DNA from: Lentisphaeria bacterium
Lineage (GTDB): Bacteria; Verrucomicrobiota; Lentisphaeria; JABSQK01; JAWLHB01
Length of the DNA: 64,000 nucleotides
NCBI GenBank assembly: GCA_041690595.1
Contig: JAWLHB010000016.1
Location: 62,001 to 126,000, forward strand
Reading direction: 5' to 3'
The notes under the pieces were generated by a model. It made no database searches. It saw nothing but the letters and a program-made list of their open reading frames with translations, and had not been told where the DNA came from. This document shows positions 31,040 to 40,127 of the stretch, piece after piece; positions within the stretch are counted from its first letter, which is position 1, and each line of letters opens with the position of its first letter. Made by a program: the position numbers and the translations under genes.

Positions 31040-33421
31040 ATGAAGATGTCGGGCTTATGGGTCCTAATGGTAATCGGGCTGGCGGCGGGATTCTCATGGC
31101 ATACCGGGGCGGAGGAGATAACCGTCGCATCGGCGGTCATCGTCAGCCCCGCGCAAGCCTTGCCTGACCAAGTGGAGGCAGCGCGGGAGTTGCAGAAGCA
31201 CCTGACGCTGATCATGGGCTCGGAACCGGCTATCGTGAGGCCGGGTGAGGCCGCCGAGGGGCAGTATCCGTTCCATGTGGGGTTTGCGCCGCCCGACGAC
31301 GAGACGCCGCTGGAGCGCGAAGAGGCGCGCTGGGTGGTGAGTCCCGAGGGGGCTTACTTCCACGGTGACGACGAGAAAGGCATGTTCGGGACGCAGGTCG
31401 CGGTCTATGGCTTTCTGGAGGAGCAGCTTGGGGTGCGCTGGATCGCGCCGGGCGATGCGGGTATTGCCTTCAAGGCGCAGTCACCCCTGACGCTGCGGAG
31501 CGGTTCCTTCGGATGGATTCCGCAACTGCAGTTCCGAAAGATTCGCCAGGGGCTCCGGCTGAACCAGCCGCATCACCCGCGCGGCATGCCGGAATCCGAT
31601 GCGTTTCGTCTCTCGGTGGAGGAGCACAATGCACGGGTCGACGAGATCGTGCTCTGGCAGAAGCGGATGCGCATGGGCGGGGCGAGGCCCGGCGGTGGCC
31701 ATGCCTTTTCGTCCTGGTGGGTAAAGTACGGGGAGAGTCAGCCCGACCTCTTTGCGTTGAACAAGTACGGCAAGCGCGAGCCGGTGGCGCTCCCCAAGGG
31801 GGGGGCGGAGCGCAGCAACTCCTTCATCAAGATCTGCCCGAGCAACCCACGAGTGGCGGACCGGGTGATCGCCGACTGGCTGCCCCGCAAGGAGATCATC
31901 CAGTACATCAACGTGGGCGTTAACGACGGCTCGGAGAACTTCTGCGAGTGCGAGGATTGTCGTCGCCTCGACGTACCGTTGGAGGGTGAGGCGTGGGATG
32001 AACATCTGACCGATCGGTACGTGCACCTGGCGAACCAGGTGGCGAGAGAGGCACGAAAGCATCGCGAGGATGCGTGGGTGACGATGTACGCCTATCTGAA
32101 GACGTTGTATCCGCCGCGCAAGCTGAAGCTGGAGCCGAATGTCGTGGTGCAACTGGTGCCCTATGTGGATCCGCTCGACCTGGCGACCGTCAAGGCGCAC
32201 GTGGAGGGCTGGAAACGTGCCGGCGCGAAGCAGCTTTCACTGCGCCCGAACTATCACACCAAGTATTTCTCCACGACCATGCCTCTGGGCATCGAGAAGC
32301 AGATGTTCGACGTGCTTCAGCTGGCTGTTGAGAACGACTGCGTGGCGGCGGAGTATGACAGCCTCGTCAACAACTGGCCGGTCACCGGGCTGGCCGACTA
32401 CGTACTGGCCAAGGCGATGACGGATCCGTCGAAGCCTTTCGACTATTGGGCAGAACAGTATTACGAAGCTTTCGGCGCCGCGGCGGACGAGGTGAAGCGG
32501 TACTTCGAGTACTGGCGCCTCGAGGTGTGGAACCAGCGGCTGATGCCGGACATCCTGACCATCTCGACCAGAGGCGGGGCCGGCGACTTCGCACGCGGGC
32601 TCTTCTGGTCCCTTGGGAGCTATTATCGGCCAGAGGATTTCGAGGCGACACAGGCGATACTGGAGCAAGCGGGGGCGCGGCAACTGACCGCCGGCGAGAA
32701 GGTCCGCCTGACGCAGTTGCAGCTGGCCAACGAGCATGCGCGGCTCATGTACCTGGCGGTCGTGGCGAAACCGGAGAACAAGGGGGAGTTCGCGGAGACG
32801 TTGACGGCTTTTCGGCTGGCGCACAAGGATGAGCTGCCTCTGCAATGGGTTCAGGTTATCGGCTACGAAATCGGCAATGGGGACCTGACGGGGCTGAGGA
32901 TCGGTAAGGAGATGCAGGGTTACCTGAAGCCCTGGCTGCCGACGGAGCTTTTCTGGAAATTCCGGCTGGACCCGGCGAACGTCGGGGAAGCGGAGGCCTG
33001 GCAGAAGCTGCCGTGGGAGTCGCTGACGGCGTGGCACAGCTTCCGGACGGACCGGACCTGGGAACAGCAGTTCGAGTTCGACGAACCGCACAATCTTCCG
33101 GAAGAGACGGCCAGGGTCATCTTCACCTACGATGGTATCGGCTGGTATGCGACGCGGCATGCGATCCCCGCCGACTGGAAGGGCAGACGCATCTTTCTGC
33201 GCTTCGGGGCGGTAGACGAATCGTGCTGGGTCTACGTTAACGGCGAGCTTGCCGGCGAGCACATCTATACCAACGCGAACGACTGGAAGACGCCTTTCGA
33301 GATCCAGATCGACAAGCAGGTGAACTGGAATGCGCCGCTGCAGCAGGTAACGGTGCGGGTGGAGGATCGGGGCGGTATGGGCGGCATCTGGCGGCCAGTG
33401 TGGATCGTCTCGAAAGAGTGA
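31040..33421 (+). CDS. Secreted DUF4838-like protein with C-terminal GH2-N-type domain (paralog 2)
   Basis: Same motifs as the upstream paralog ([33 protein letters not shown]); YDGIGWY...FLRFGAVDESCWVYVNG...GGIWRPV. Confidence 0.75.
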   Translation: MKMSGLWVLMVIGLAAGFSWHTGAEEITVASAVIVSPAQALPDQVEAARELQKHLTLIMGSEPAIVRPGEAAEGQYPFHVGFAPPDDETPLEREEARWVVSPEGAYFHGDDEKGMFGTQVAVYGFLEEQLGVRWIAPGDAGIAFKAQSPLTLRSGSFGWIPQLQFRKIRQGLRLNQPHHPRGMPESDAFRLSVEEHNARVDEIVLWQKRMRMGGARPGGGHAFSSWWVKYGESQPDLFALNKYGKREPVALPKGGAERSNSFIKICPSNPRVADRVIADWLPRKEIIQYINVGVNDGSENFCECEDCRRLDVPLEGEAWDEHLTDRYVHLANQVAREARKHREDAWVTMYAYLKTLYPPRKLKLEPNVVVQLVPYVDPLDLATVKAHVEGWKRAGAKQLSLRPNYHTKYFSTTMPLGIEKQMFDVLQLAVENDCVAAEYDSLVNNWPVTGLADYVLAKAMTDPSKPFDYWAEQYYEAFGAAADEVKRYFEYWRLEVWNQRLMPDILTISTRGGAGDFARGLFWSLGSYYRPEDFEATQAILEQAGARQLTAGEKVRLTQLQLANEHARLMYLAVVAKPENKGEFAETLTAFRLAHKDELPLQWVQVIGYEIGNGDLTGLRIGKEMQGYLKPWLPTELFWKFRLDPANVGEAEAWQKLPWESLTAWHSFRTDRTWEQQFEFDEPHNLPEETARVIFTYDGIGWYATRHAIPADWKGRRIFLRFGAVDESCWVYVNGELAGEHIYTNANDWKTPFEIQIDKQVNWNAPLQQVTVRVEDRGGMGGIWRPVWIVSKE

Positions 33422-33451
33422 AATCATCATCGTCATCGGGGGGAGCGCGAC

Positions 33452-34921
33452 ATGTCAAAGCGTAACATCATCTTCTTTCACGCGGAGAGCTGGGACGGCC
33501 GGATGCTGGGGCTGCTCGGTCATCCGGCGCTGGCGGGTGCCACGCCGAACATCGACCGCATCGCGCGGCAGGGCATGCTCTTCCGCAATGCCTATACGTC
33601 GCATCCGATCTGCTGTCCATCCCGCGCCAACATGTGGTCGGGGCGGTATACGCAGCATTGCGAGAGCTGGAACAACTACAAGGGGCTGGAGCCGGGCATG
33701 TGGGCGCTTCTGGACGAGCTGCCGAAGAGCCACGCGACGGCGGTATTCGGGAAGCGGGACTATCGCTCCGGCGGTCACAGCATGCAGGCCAGGCTGACAG
33801 GCTGGCTGGGGGCCGCGGGGATCGAGAAGCCCAGCTACAGCTTCGATCCGGCGCAGGGCATCCACATTGCCGACGATGATTCGCCCCGCTGTTACGAGAG
33901 CGACTGGCGGTTGATCGACAGCAGTATCGCCTTTCTGGAGGAGCATCGCGATGGCGAGCGCCCCTTCTTCCTGAACATCAGCTCGCATCTGGTGCATGCC
34001 TCGTTCAAGACCAATCGCTACTGGCTCGAGAAGATTCCCGAAGAAGCGGTGGATATCCCGCCGCTGGATCCCTGCACGCATCCGTGCGTCGCCTTTCAGC
34101 GAGGGAGCAAGGCGTGGCAACACGGCTTCGACGAGGCGACGGTTCGCAAGGTTCGCCGCATCTACTTTGCGATGTGCGCGGAAGCGGATGCCATGGTCGG
34201 GGCTGTCTACGACGCCATGGAGCGGCTCGGCCTGGGCGACTCTACCTACTTCGTCTTTTCGAGCGATCATGGCGAGTTGGCGCTCGAACACCAGCAATAC
34301 TACAAGATGTCGCTCTACGAAGGTTCGGTGCGGGTGCCGATGTGCATGACCGGCCCCTCGATCCCCGCGGGTGGGGAGAGCGAAAACCTGGTCTCGACGA
34401 TCGATCTGTGCCCTACCCTGATGGCGATGGCCGGACTGCCGGCGCGCGTGGATTGCGACGGCGAGAATCTGCTGCCGCTGGCAACCGGCGAGACAACGGA
34501 GAGCCGCAACAGCGCTTATGCCTGCTTCACCGGCACCTCGATGAATACCGCCGCCTTCATGCTGCGCCGAGAACGGTGGAAGTACATCGCCCATGTGGGC
34601 CATCCGAGCCAGCTCTTTGACATAGAGGCCGATCCGCGGGAGTTGGAGGATCTGAGCACGGTCCGCCCGGAGGTTGCGGCACGGCTCGACGGGGAGCTGC
34701 GCCAGATCGTGGATTACGAAGCGACGCATCGCGACTGGCAGAGCTACTGCAAGTCGGCCTTCAGGCAATGGCGGCGTCAGGCCAAACGCGGTCTCTATGT
34801 GGACGAGTCGTACTCGCTGCGGGGAAATCCCAGCTCGGACTACTGGCGGATCATGGACAATGCCTATACTGGCTATGACCAGGACGACGAGGCGAAGGTC
34901 GAGACGTGGCTGAACGCATGA
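33452..34921 (+). CDS. Formylglycine-dependent S1 sulfatase, arylsulfatase K-like
   Basis: CxPxR motif in PICCPSRA, SSDHGE, KMSLYEGSVRVP, LVSTIDLCPTL, QLFD...DP.E; no signal peptide. Confidence 0.92.
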   Translation: MSKRNIIFFHAESWDGRMLGLLGHPALAGATPNIDRIARQGMLFRNAYTSHPICCPSRANMWSGRYTQHCESWNNYKGLEPGMWALLDELPKSHATAVFGKRDYRSGGHSMQARLTGWLGAAGIEKPSYSFDPAQGIHIADDDSPRCYESDWRLIDSSIAFLEEHRDGERPFFLNISSHLVHASFKTNRYWLEKIPEEAVDIPPLDPCTHPCVAFQRGSKAWQHGFDEATVRKVRRIYFAMCAEADAMVGAVYDAMERLGLGDSTYFVFSSDHGELALEHQQYYKMSLYEGSVRVPMCMTGPSIPAGGESENLVSTIDLCPTLMAMAGLPARVDCDGENLLPLATGETTESRNSAYACFTGTSMNTAAFMLRRERWKYIAHVGHPSQLFDIEADPRELEDLSTVRPEVAARLDGELRQIVDYEATHRDWQSYCKSAFRQWRRQAKRGLYVDESYSLRGNPSSDYWRIMDNAYTGYDQDDEAKVETWLNA

Positions 34922-37845
34922 CGGAAGCGAACGTGGGCATGTCACACCAGTATCCGGAGCCGCCGGAGCCACCTCCTGAAGCGGAATGGCCTTTCGAGGA
35001 AGAGCTGACGAAGCCGCTGCATGTGGCCATGCCATTCGGCGACGGCCCGGCCCCCGCGGAAGACGAGCTGGACTTCCGGGGCGGCATCGCGCTGACGCGG
35101 CGTTTCCCGGATCCCGACTGCCGGCTGGATACCGCCTACGCGGATTTCGGCGAGTTCAGCGCATCCATCGCCCTGGGCAACGGGCCGACGCCTGTCGTCA
35201 CCGAGTTGGCGAGCGGCTACACGAAGGAGGAGTACCGAATCAGTGTCGGCACGGGCGGCATCACGGTGGCGGCGGGCGAAACGGAGGGAATCCGTCGCGG
35301 CCTGATCCATCTGGAAGAGATGATCCTGGCCCGCCGGAACTGGTGCCTCCCGTATGGCGCCACCCGTCGCAAGCCGAGCATACGTACCCGCCTCTCCCGC
35401 TGCTTTCATGGCCCCATCAACCGGCCTCCGAAGTGCCGGGATGAGCTGCTGGACGAGAACGATTATTACGCGGATGGATATCTGAACCGCCTGGCGCACC
35501 ACGGGATCAACGGGCTGTGGATGACCATCCGGTTCTCGGATCTCATCGCTTCGAAGGTGCTGCCGGAGCTGGGCAGCGGCTCACCGCGACGGCTGGAAAA
35601 GCTGCGGCGGAACGTGCGGCAATGCGCCCGGTATGGGATCAAGCTCTATCCCTTCTGCATCGAGCCGGCGGCGCTGTCGGCGGAGAGTCCGGTGCTGAAA
35701 GCGCATCCCGGGTTGAAGGGCTCGGACGCGATGGGGAACCGTGCGCTCTTCTGCACCAGCTCCGCCATCGGCCAGGCGTACCTCGAGGATGCAACCCGCA
35801 CCCTCTTCAGCGAAGTGCCGGGCCTGGGCGGGCTGATCTGCATTCCGGTCGGCGAGCGCTTCACCCATTGCTATTCGGGGCGCCTGGCGATCAACTGCCC
35901 GCGTTGCTCCAGCCGGGAGCCGTGGGAGGTGCTGGCGGATACACTGGCGGCGATGGAGCGGGGCATGCATGGCGTAGATCCCGAGGCCGAGCTGATTGCG
36001 TGGCCGTACAGCCAACTGGTCGTCTGGGGGGCACAGGCGACGGAGACGGCGGCGGGACACATGCCGGCGAAGGTGATCCTGCAGCACAATTTCGAGACTG
36101 GCGGCAAGGTGAAGCAACTGGGCAAATGGCGGCCGTTGTGGGATTACTGGCTGTCGTGGGTCGGCCCAAGCCGTAATTTCAAGGTCTGCGCCACGGCGGC
36201 GCGGCGGAACGGCACGCGCATGTTCGCGAAGCTGCAGACGAGCTGCTCGCATGAGGTGGCGACGACGCAGTATGTGCCGGTGCCCGGGATACTCTACCGG
36301 AAGTACAAACGGATGCGGGCGCTTGGGGTGAGCGGGGTCATGCAGGGCTGGTACTTCGGCAACTATCCGGGGATCATGACCAGGGCTTCGCGGGTGCTCT
36401 CCTTTTCTCCCTTTCCGAGAACGGAGCGGGAGTTTCTGCTCGCGCTGGCGGCGCCGGCCTGGGGCAGCCACGCGCCGCGGATGGTCGAGGCGTGGGAGCA
36501 TTTTGCCGATGGTTACAGCCACTATCCCGGGGCGCAGGTATTCGGCTACTATGGGCCGATGCATGACGGCGTGGTCTGGCCCCTGTACCTGGGGCCGCGC
36601 CACCTGCCCCTGGCACCCACGTGGCGCATCGTGCATCCCATGAGCGGCGATCAGGTAGGGGAATGCATCTCCGCCCACTTCGAGTATCGGGAAGTTCTGG
36701 CGCTCTGCAAACTGCTGCGCGACCACTGGCGCAAGGGGACGGCCATCATCCGTCAGCTCGAGGGTAGCTTCAGCGCCGAGTGCCGGCAGGAGATCAATGT
36801 CGCGCTGGCGCTGGGTGTGCAGTTCGACAGCGCCTACAACATCCTGCTCTTTTATCAGCTGCGCGACCAGCTCGCCGACGCCGGTTCGCGGCAAGCCCAG
36901 CTCGCTCTTCTGGAGAAGCTGCGCGGTCTGGTGCTGGCTGAAATCGAGAACGACAGGGTGCTGCTGGAGCTTTGCGCTGAGAACCGGACGCTCGGCTTTC
37001 ATTCCGAGGCGGAAGGCTACAAGTACTTTCCGGAGAAGATCAGGTGGCGGATGGGGCAATTGCAGTCGCTTCTCGAAGTGGAGTTTCCGAAGGTTGCCAG
37101 CCAGGTCGGCCGGTATCCGATGCCCAGCTTCGAGAACTATGTGGGGAAAGGCGACTCCATCCAGGCCTATCCGTGTCGCCGCGTGAGCGATGGAGACCAA
37201 CTCGGGCGGACCCCCTTTGATCCAGAGTGGGACGGACATGCCACTACCGTCTGCCGCTTCTGGGCAGCACCGCGAGCGTCGGAAGCGGCCCAACCTTTTC
37301 CCTTCAACAGCACCCTCTATCCCGTGGCAGAGCCGAAGAATGCGCCCCCCCCACTGGCCTGGCGCGCTGTCTGGGACGAGCGTGCCGTTCACGTTTGCCT
37401 GATCTGGCAAGCTGAAGCCGGACCCGTCGTGCCCGGACCGGACGATGACGAGATCCGCATCACGCTGGAGCCGGATCGGCTGGGCGTCGGTCGGTCAATC
37501 GTGATCCGGAAGAGCCAGCCCGAGCTAGCGGCGTTTTGGGCGGAGAAGCCGACGATCTTTTTCGAGAGCCGTGGCGCCGAAGCGCGTCTGACGCTGACGG
37601 TACCGTTCGATCAACTGGGATTGCCTCCTTCGAGCGGCAGGCGCCTGCCCATGCGGATCAATGTCTCGTGTTTCTTCACGCCGATAACGGATCCGCTCTG
37701 CTTCACCGGCGAACCGCTGCTCAATTCGTGGGCGCCCAGCCGGCGCACGATGCCGCGCAATCTCTTCGGCTATACCGATCCGGGCACCTATGGGTGGCTG
37801 CAATTCAACGTCAATTCAACTGAAGAGGATGGTGCGCAACCATGA
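34918..37845 (+). CDS. Uncharacterised glycoside-hydrolase-like protein (GH20/GH67-type N-terminal domain + TIM-barrel-like core), paralog A
   Basis: EEYRISV....ITVAA....GIRRGL; DYY.DGYLNRLAH.GINGLW; C..C motif. ATGA overlaps at both ends. Confidence 0.6.
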   Translation: MTEANVGMSHQYPEPPEPPPEAEWPFEEELTKPLHVAMPFGDGPAPAEDELDFRGGIALTRRFPDPDCRLDTAYADFGEFSASIALGNGPTPVVTELASGYTKEEYRISVGTGGITVAAGETEGIRRGLIHLEEMILARRNWCLPYGATRRKPSIRTRLSRCFHGPINRPPKCRDELLDENDYYADGYLNRLAHHGINGLWMTIRFSDLIASKVLPELGSGSPRRLEKLRRNVRQCARYGIKLYPFCIEPAALSAESPVLKAHPGLKGSDAMGNRALFCTSSAIGQAYLEDATRTLFSEVPGLGGLICIPVGERFTHCYSGRLAINCPRCSSREPWEVLADTLAAMERGMHGVDPEAELIAWPYSQLVVWGAQATETAAGHMPAKVILQHNFETGGKVKQLGKWRPLWDYWLSWVGPSRNFKVCATAARRNGTRMFAKLQTSCSHEVATTQYVPVPGILYRKYKRMRALGVSGVMQGWYFGNYPGIMTRASRVLSFSPFPRTEREFLLALAAPAWGSHAPRMVEAWEHFADGYSHYPGAQVFGYYGPMHDGVVWPLYLGPRHLPLAPTWRIVHPMSGDQVGECISAHFEYREVLALCKLLRDHWRKGTAIIRQLEGSFSAECRQEINVALALGVQFDSAYNILLFYQLRDQLADAGSRQAQLALLEKLRGLVLAEIENDRVLLELCAENRTLGFHSEAEGYKYFPEKIRWRMGQLQSLLEVEFPKVASQVGRYPMPSFENYVGKGDSIQAYPCRRVSDGDQLGRTPFDPEWDGHATTVCRFWAAPRASEAAQPFPFNSTLYPVAEPKNAPPPLAWRAVWDERAVHVCLIWQAEAGPVVPGPDDDEIRITLEPDRLGVGRSIVIRKSQPELAAFWAEKPTIFFESRGAEARLTLTVPFDQLGLPPSSGRRLPMRINVSCFFTPITDPLCFTGEPLLNSWAPSRRTMPRNLFGYTDPGTYGWLQFNVNSTEEDGAQP

Positions 37846-40112
37846 TGCATCCGAAGCTCGACTTTCCCGGCAAGCTAAAACCGATCTTCGAGGATCTGGC
37901 CACCCCCATGCACGCACGGAGTCACCGCAATCCCGAGCGCTTGTGCAGAGAGGGCGAGGTATCGTTGGAAGCCGGGTTCAGGCTGGATCTCTCGGCCTTC
38001 GAGGGGGAGCCGCATCTGGGGCTCCTGCTGGACGACTTCCGCACCTTCATGACCACGGTCATGGAGACAGCCGAAGCGGCGGACGGTTACGCCATACGCG
38101 TGCGGCGCGAGCGTCCAGCCACGTCCCCCAAGGGCGCACGGGAGGCCCATCGCCTCGCCATTGCAGAGGATGGCTGCCTGATTCAGGCGGAGGATATGGA
38201 TGCGCTGCGCCGGGCGCTTTACCGGCTTCAGGACGAGATGCTGCTGCGCCGCGCTCCCGTGCTCCCCGTCGGCGATGAAACGCGCTGGACGACGATTGCC
38301 ACGCGCATCATACGCTCGCCGATCGCGCCTTACCGCTGGTGGTCCGGCTGGGAACTGGACGACGATCCGAACGATTACTATCCCGATGCGTACCTGAACC
38401 GCCTGGCCCATGCCGGCATCAACGGGCTCTGGATACCCGGCTTGCTGAGGAAGCTGGTGGCCTCGACATGCATTCCGGAGCTGGGACCGCGGGAGCACCG
38501 CCTGGAAAAGCTCAAGGCGGTTGTCGCCAAGGCAGCCCGATATGGCATACGCATCTATCTCTTCTGTATCGAGCCTCGCGCGCTGCCGAAAGGGCATCCG
38601 GCCCTCGTCGCTCATCCGGAGATAACCGGTGCGGGTAATACCCTCTGCTCCTCGCAACCTCTGGTGCGGGAGTACATCCGGGAGGTCATGCAGAGCCTCT
38701 TTACGGAGGTGCCGGAGCTGGCGGGCATCATCAACATCTTCTGCGGTGAACGGCCGACGACCTGCTACTGGCGGGACGAGGAGTTCGCGGCACAGTGCCC
38801 GACATGCTCGCAGCGCAGCCAGGGGGAGGTTCTGGCGGAATCGCTGAACGCCTTCATGGATGGGATCCGCGCCGCCGGCTCACAGGCGGATGTCATGGCC
38901 TGGACCTACTTCATCGGCAAGAACCGGGAGGCTAGCCCGATCGCGCCCATGCTGGAGGTCATGAAGAGGACGGATCCGCGGGTCATCTGGCTGGGCAACT
39001 TCGAGCATGGCGGCGAGAAGGAGCTCTGCGGCAAGCAGGTTCGCATACACGAGTATTCCTTGTCATACCTGGGCCCATCCAGCGACTTCGTGGCGATGGC
39101 GAAGGCGGCAATCGAGAGCGGGCGAACCATCCACGCGAAGCTGCAGATCGGCACCTCGTACGAGCTGTCGAGCGTGCCCTACATTCCGGCGCCTGGCATC
39201 GAGTACGAGAAGATCAGGATCGCAACCGAGCTGGGGGTGACGGGCTCGATGATGACTTGGATCCCCGGCGGCTTCCCCAGCCCCATGCTCAAAGCCGCGG
39301 GCGAAGCAGTCTTCGAGCCCAGGTTGCCGCACGACGCTTTTCTGCGCCGGATCGCCGCCATCTACTGGGGCGAGGCGACCGCGGCCGGGGTGGCGGCGAG
39401 TTGGAAGATCTTCGACGAGGCGTGGCAGCGCTACCCCTTTGCCCATGCGGGGCTCTATTGGGGGCCGATCACCCGCGGGCCGGCCTATCAGCTGCACCTC
39501 GAGCGCGAAGCTCGCCTGGCCAAGCCGTACAACTTCGGCTTCACCCGTAAGCGGGAGCCGCAGCCCTGGGAAGACAACATCTCGCGCTGGCTGGGCCCGT
39601 TCACGCCCGATGAGCTTGCGGGCGCCTTCCGCGACATGGCGGAGCGCTGGCAGGGGGGGCTGGCGAAACTCGACGCGGCCCGCGAGTTGGCGGGTGCGGA
39701 TTCCGAGCTGGACCGGCAGGTTGCCGTCGCCGCGGCCATCCGCCTGCATGCGGTCAGCGCGGCAAACGTCTTCGAGTTCTATTCTCTGCGCGACAGCCTC
39801 CTCGAGGCCGCCCCGTCGGATCATCCCGCCATCGTGGCGCGAATGAGCGCGGTCGCCAGGGACGACGTTCAGGCAGCGAAGGCCATGCTGGAGCTGCTCG
39901 CGAGAGAACCCCGACTGGGATTCGAAACGGAAATCTTCGATTACAGCTATACCCGGCCCCTGTTGGCGGAGAAGATCCTCCAGGTTCAGGAAATGCTGCC
40001 GATCCTCGCCAGATGGGAGGCAAACGGCATCGAGCCGGAGATCCTCCGTCGTACCGTAGAAGAAGCCGACCTGTTGCGTCCGGATCGCGATCCGGACCGG
40101 TGGGGAGATTGA
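37842..40112 (+). CDS. Uncharacterised glycoside-hydrolase-like protein, paralog B
   Basis: Shares NDYY.D.YLNRLAH.GINGLW, ARYGI..Y.FCIEP, LF.EVP.L.G.I.I..GER, NFE.GG, S..GPS..F and AKLQ...S.E.....P.PG with 34918-37845. Confidence 0.6.
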   Translation: MMHPKLDFPGKLKPIFEDLATPMHARSHRNPERLCREGEVSLEAGFRLDLSAFEGEPHLGLLLDDFRTFMTTVMETAEAADGYAIRVRRERPATSPKGAREAHRLAIAEDGCLIQAEDMDALRRALYRLQDEMLLRRAPVLPVGDETRWTTIATRIIRSPIAPYRWWSGWELDDDPNDYYPDAYLNRLAHAGINGLWIPGLLRKLVASTCIPELGPREHRLEKLKAVVAKAARYGIRIYLFCIEPRALPKGHPALVAHPEITGAGNTLCSSQPLVREYIREVMQSLFTEVPELAGIINIFCGERPTTCYWRDEEFAAQCPTCSQRSQGEVLAESLNAFMDGIRAAGSQADVMAWTYFIGKNREASPIAPMLEVMKRTDPRVIWLGNFEHGGEKELCGKQVRIHEYSLSYLGPSSDFVAMAKAAIESGRTIHAKLQIGTSYELSSVPYIPAPGIEYEKIRIATELGVTGSMMTWIPGGFPSPMLKAAGEAVFEPRLPHDAFLRRIAAIYWGEATAAGVAASWKIFDEAWQRYPFAHAGLYWGPITRGPAYQLHLEREARLAKPYNFGFTRKREPQPWEDNISRWLGPFTPDELAGAFRDMAERWQGGLAKLDAARELAGADSELDRQVAVAAAIRLHAVSAANVFEFYSLRDSLLEAAPSDHPAIVARMSAVARDDVQAAKAMLELLAREPRLGFETEIFDYSYTRPLLAEKILQVQEMLPILARWEANGIEPEILRRTVEEADLLRPDRDPDRWGD

Positions 40113-40127
40113 TAAGGTGATGAAAAG

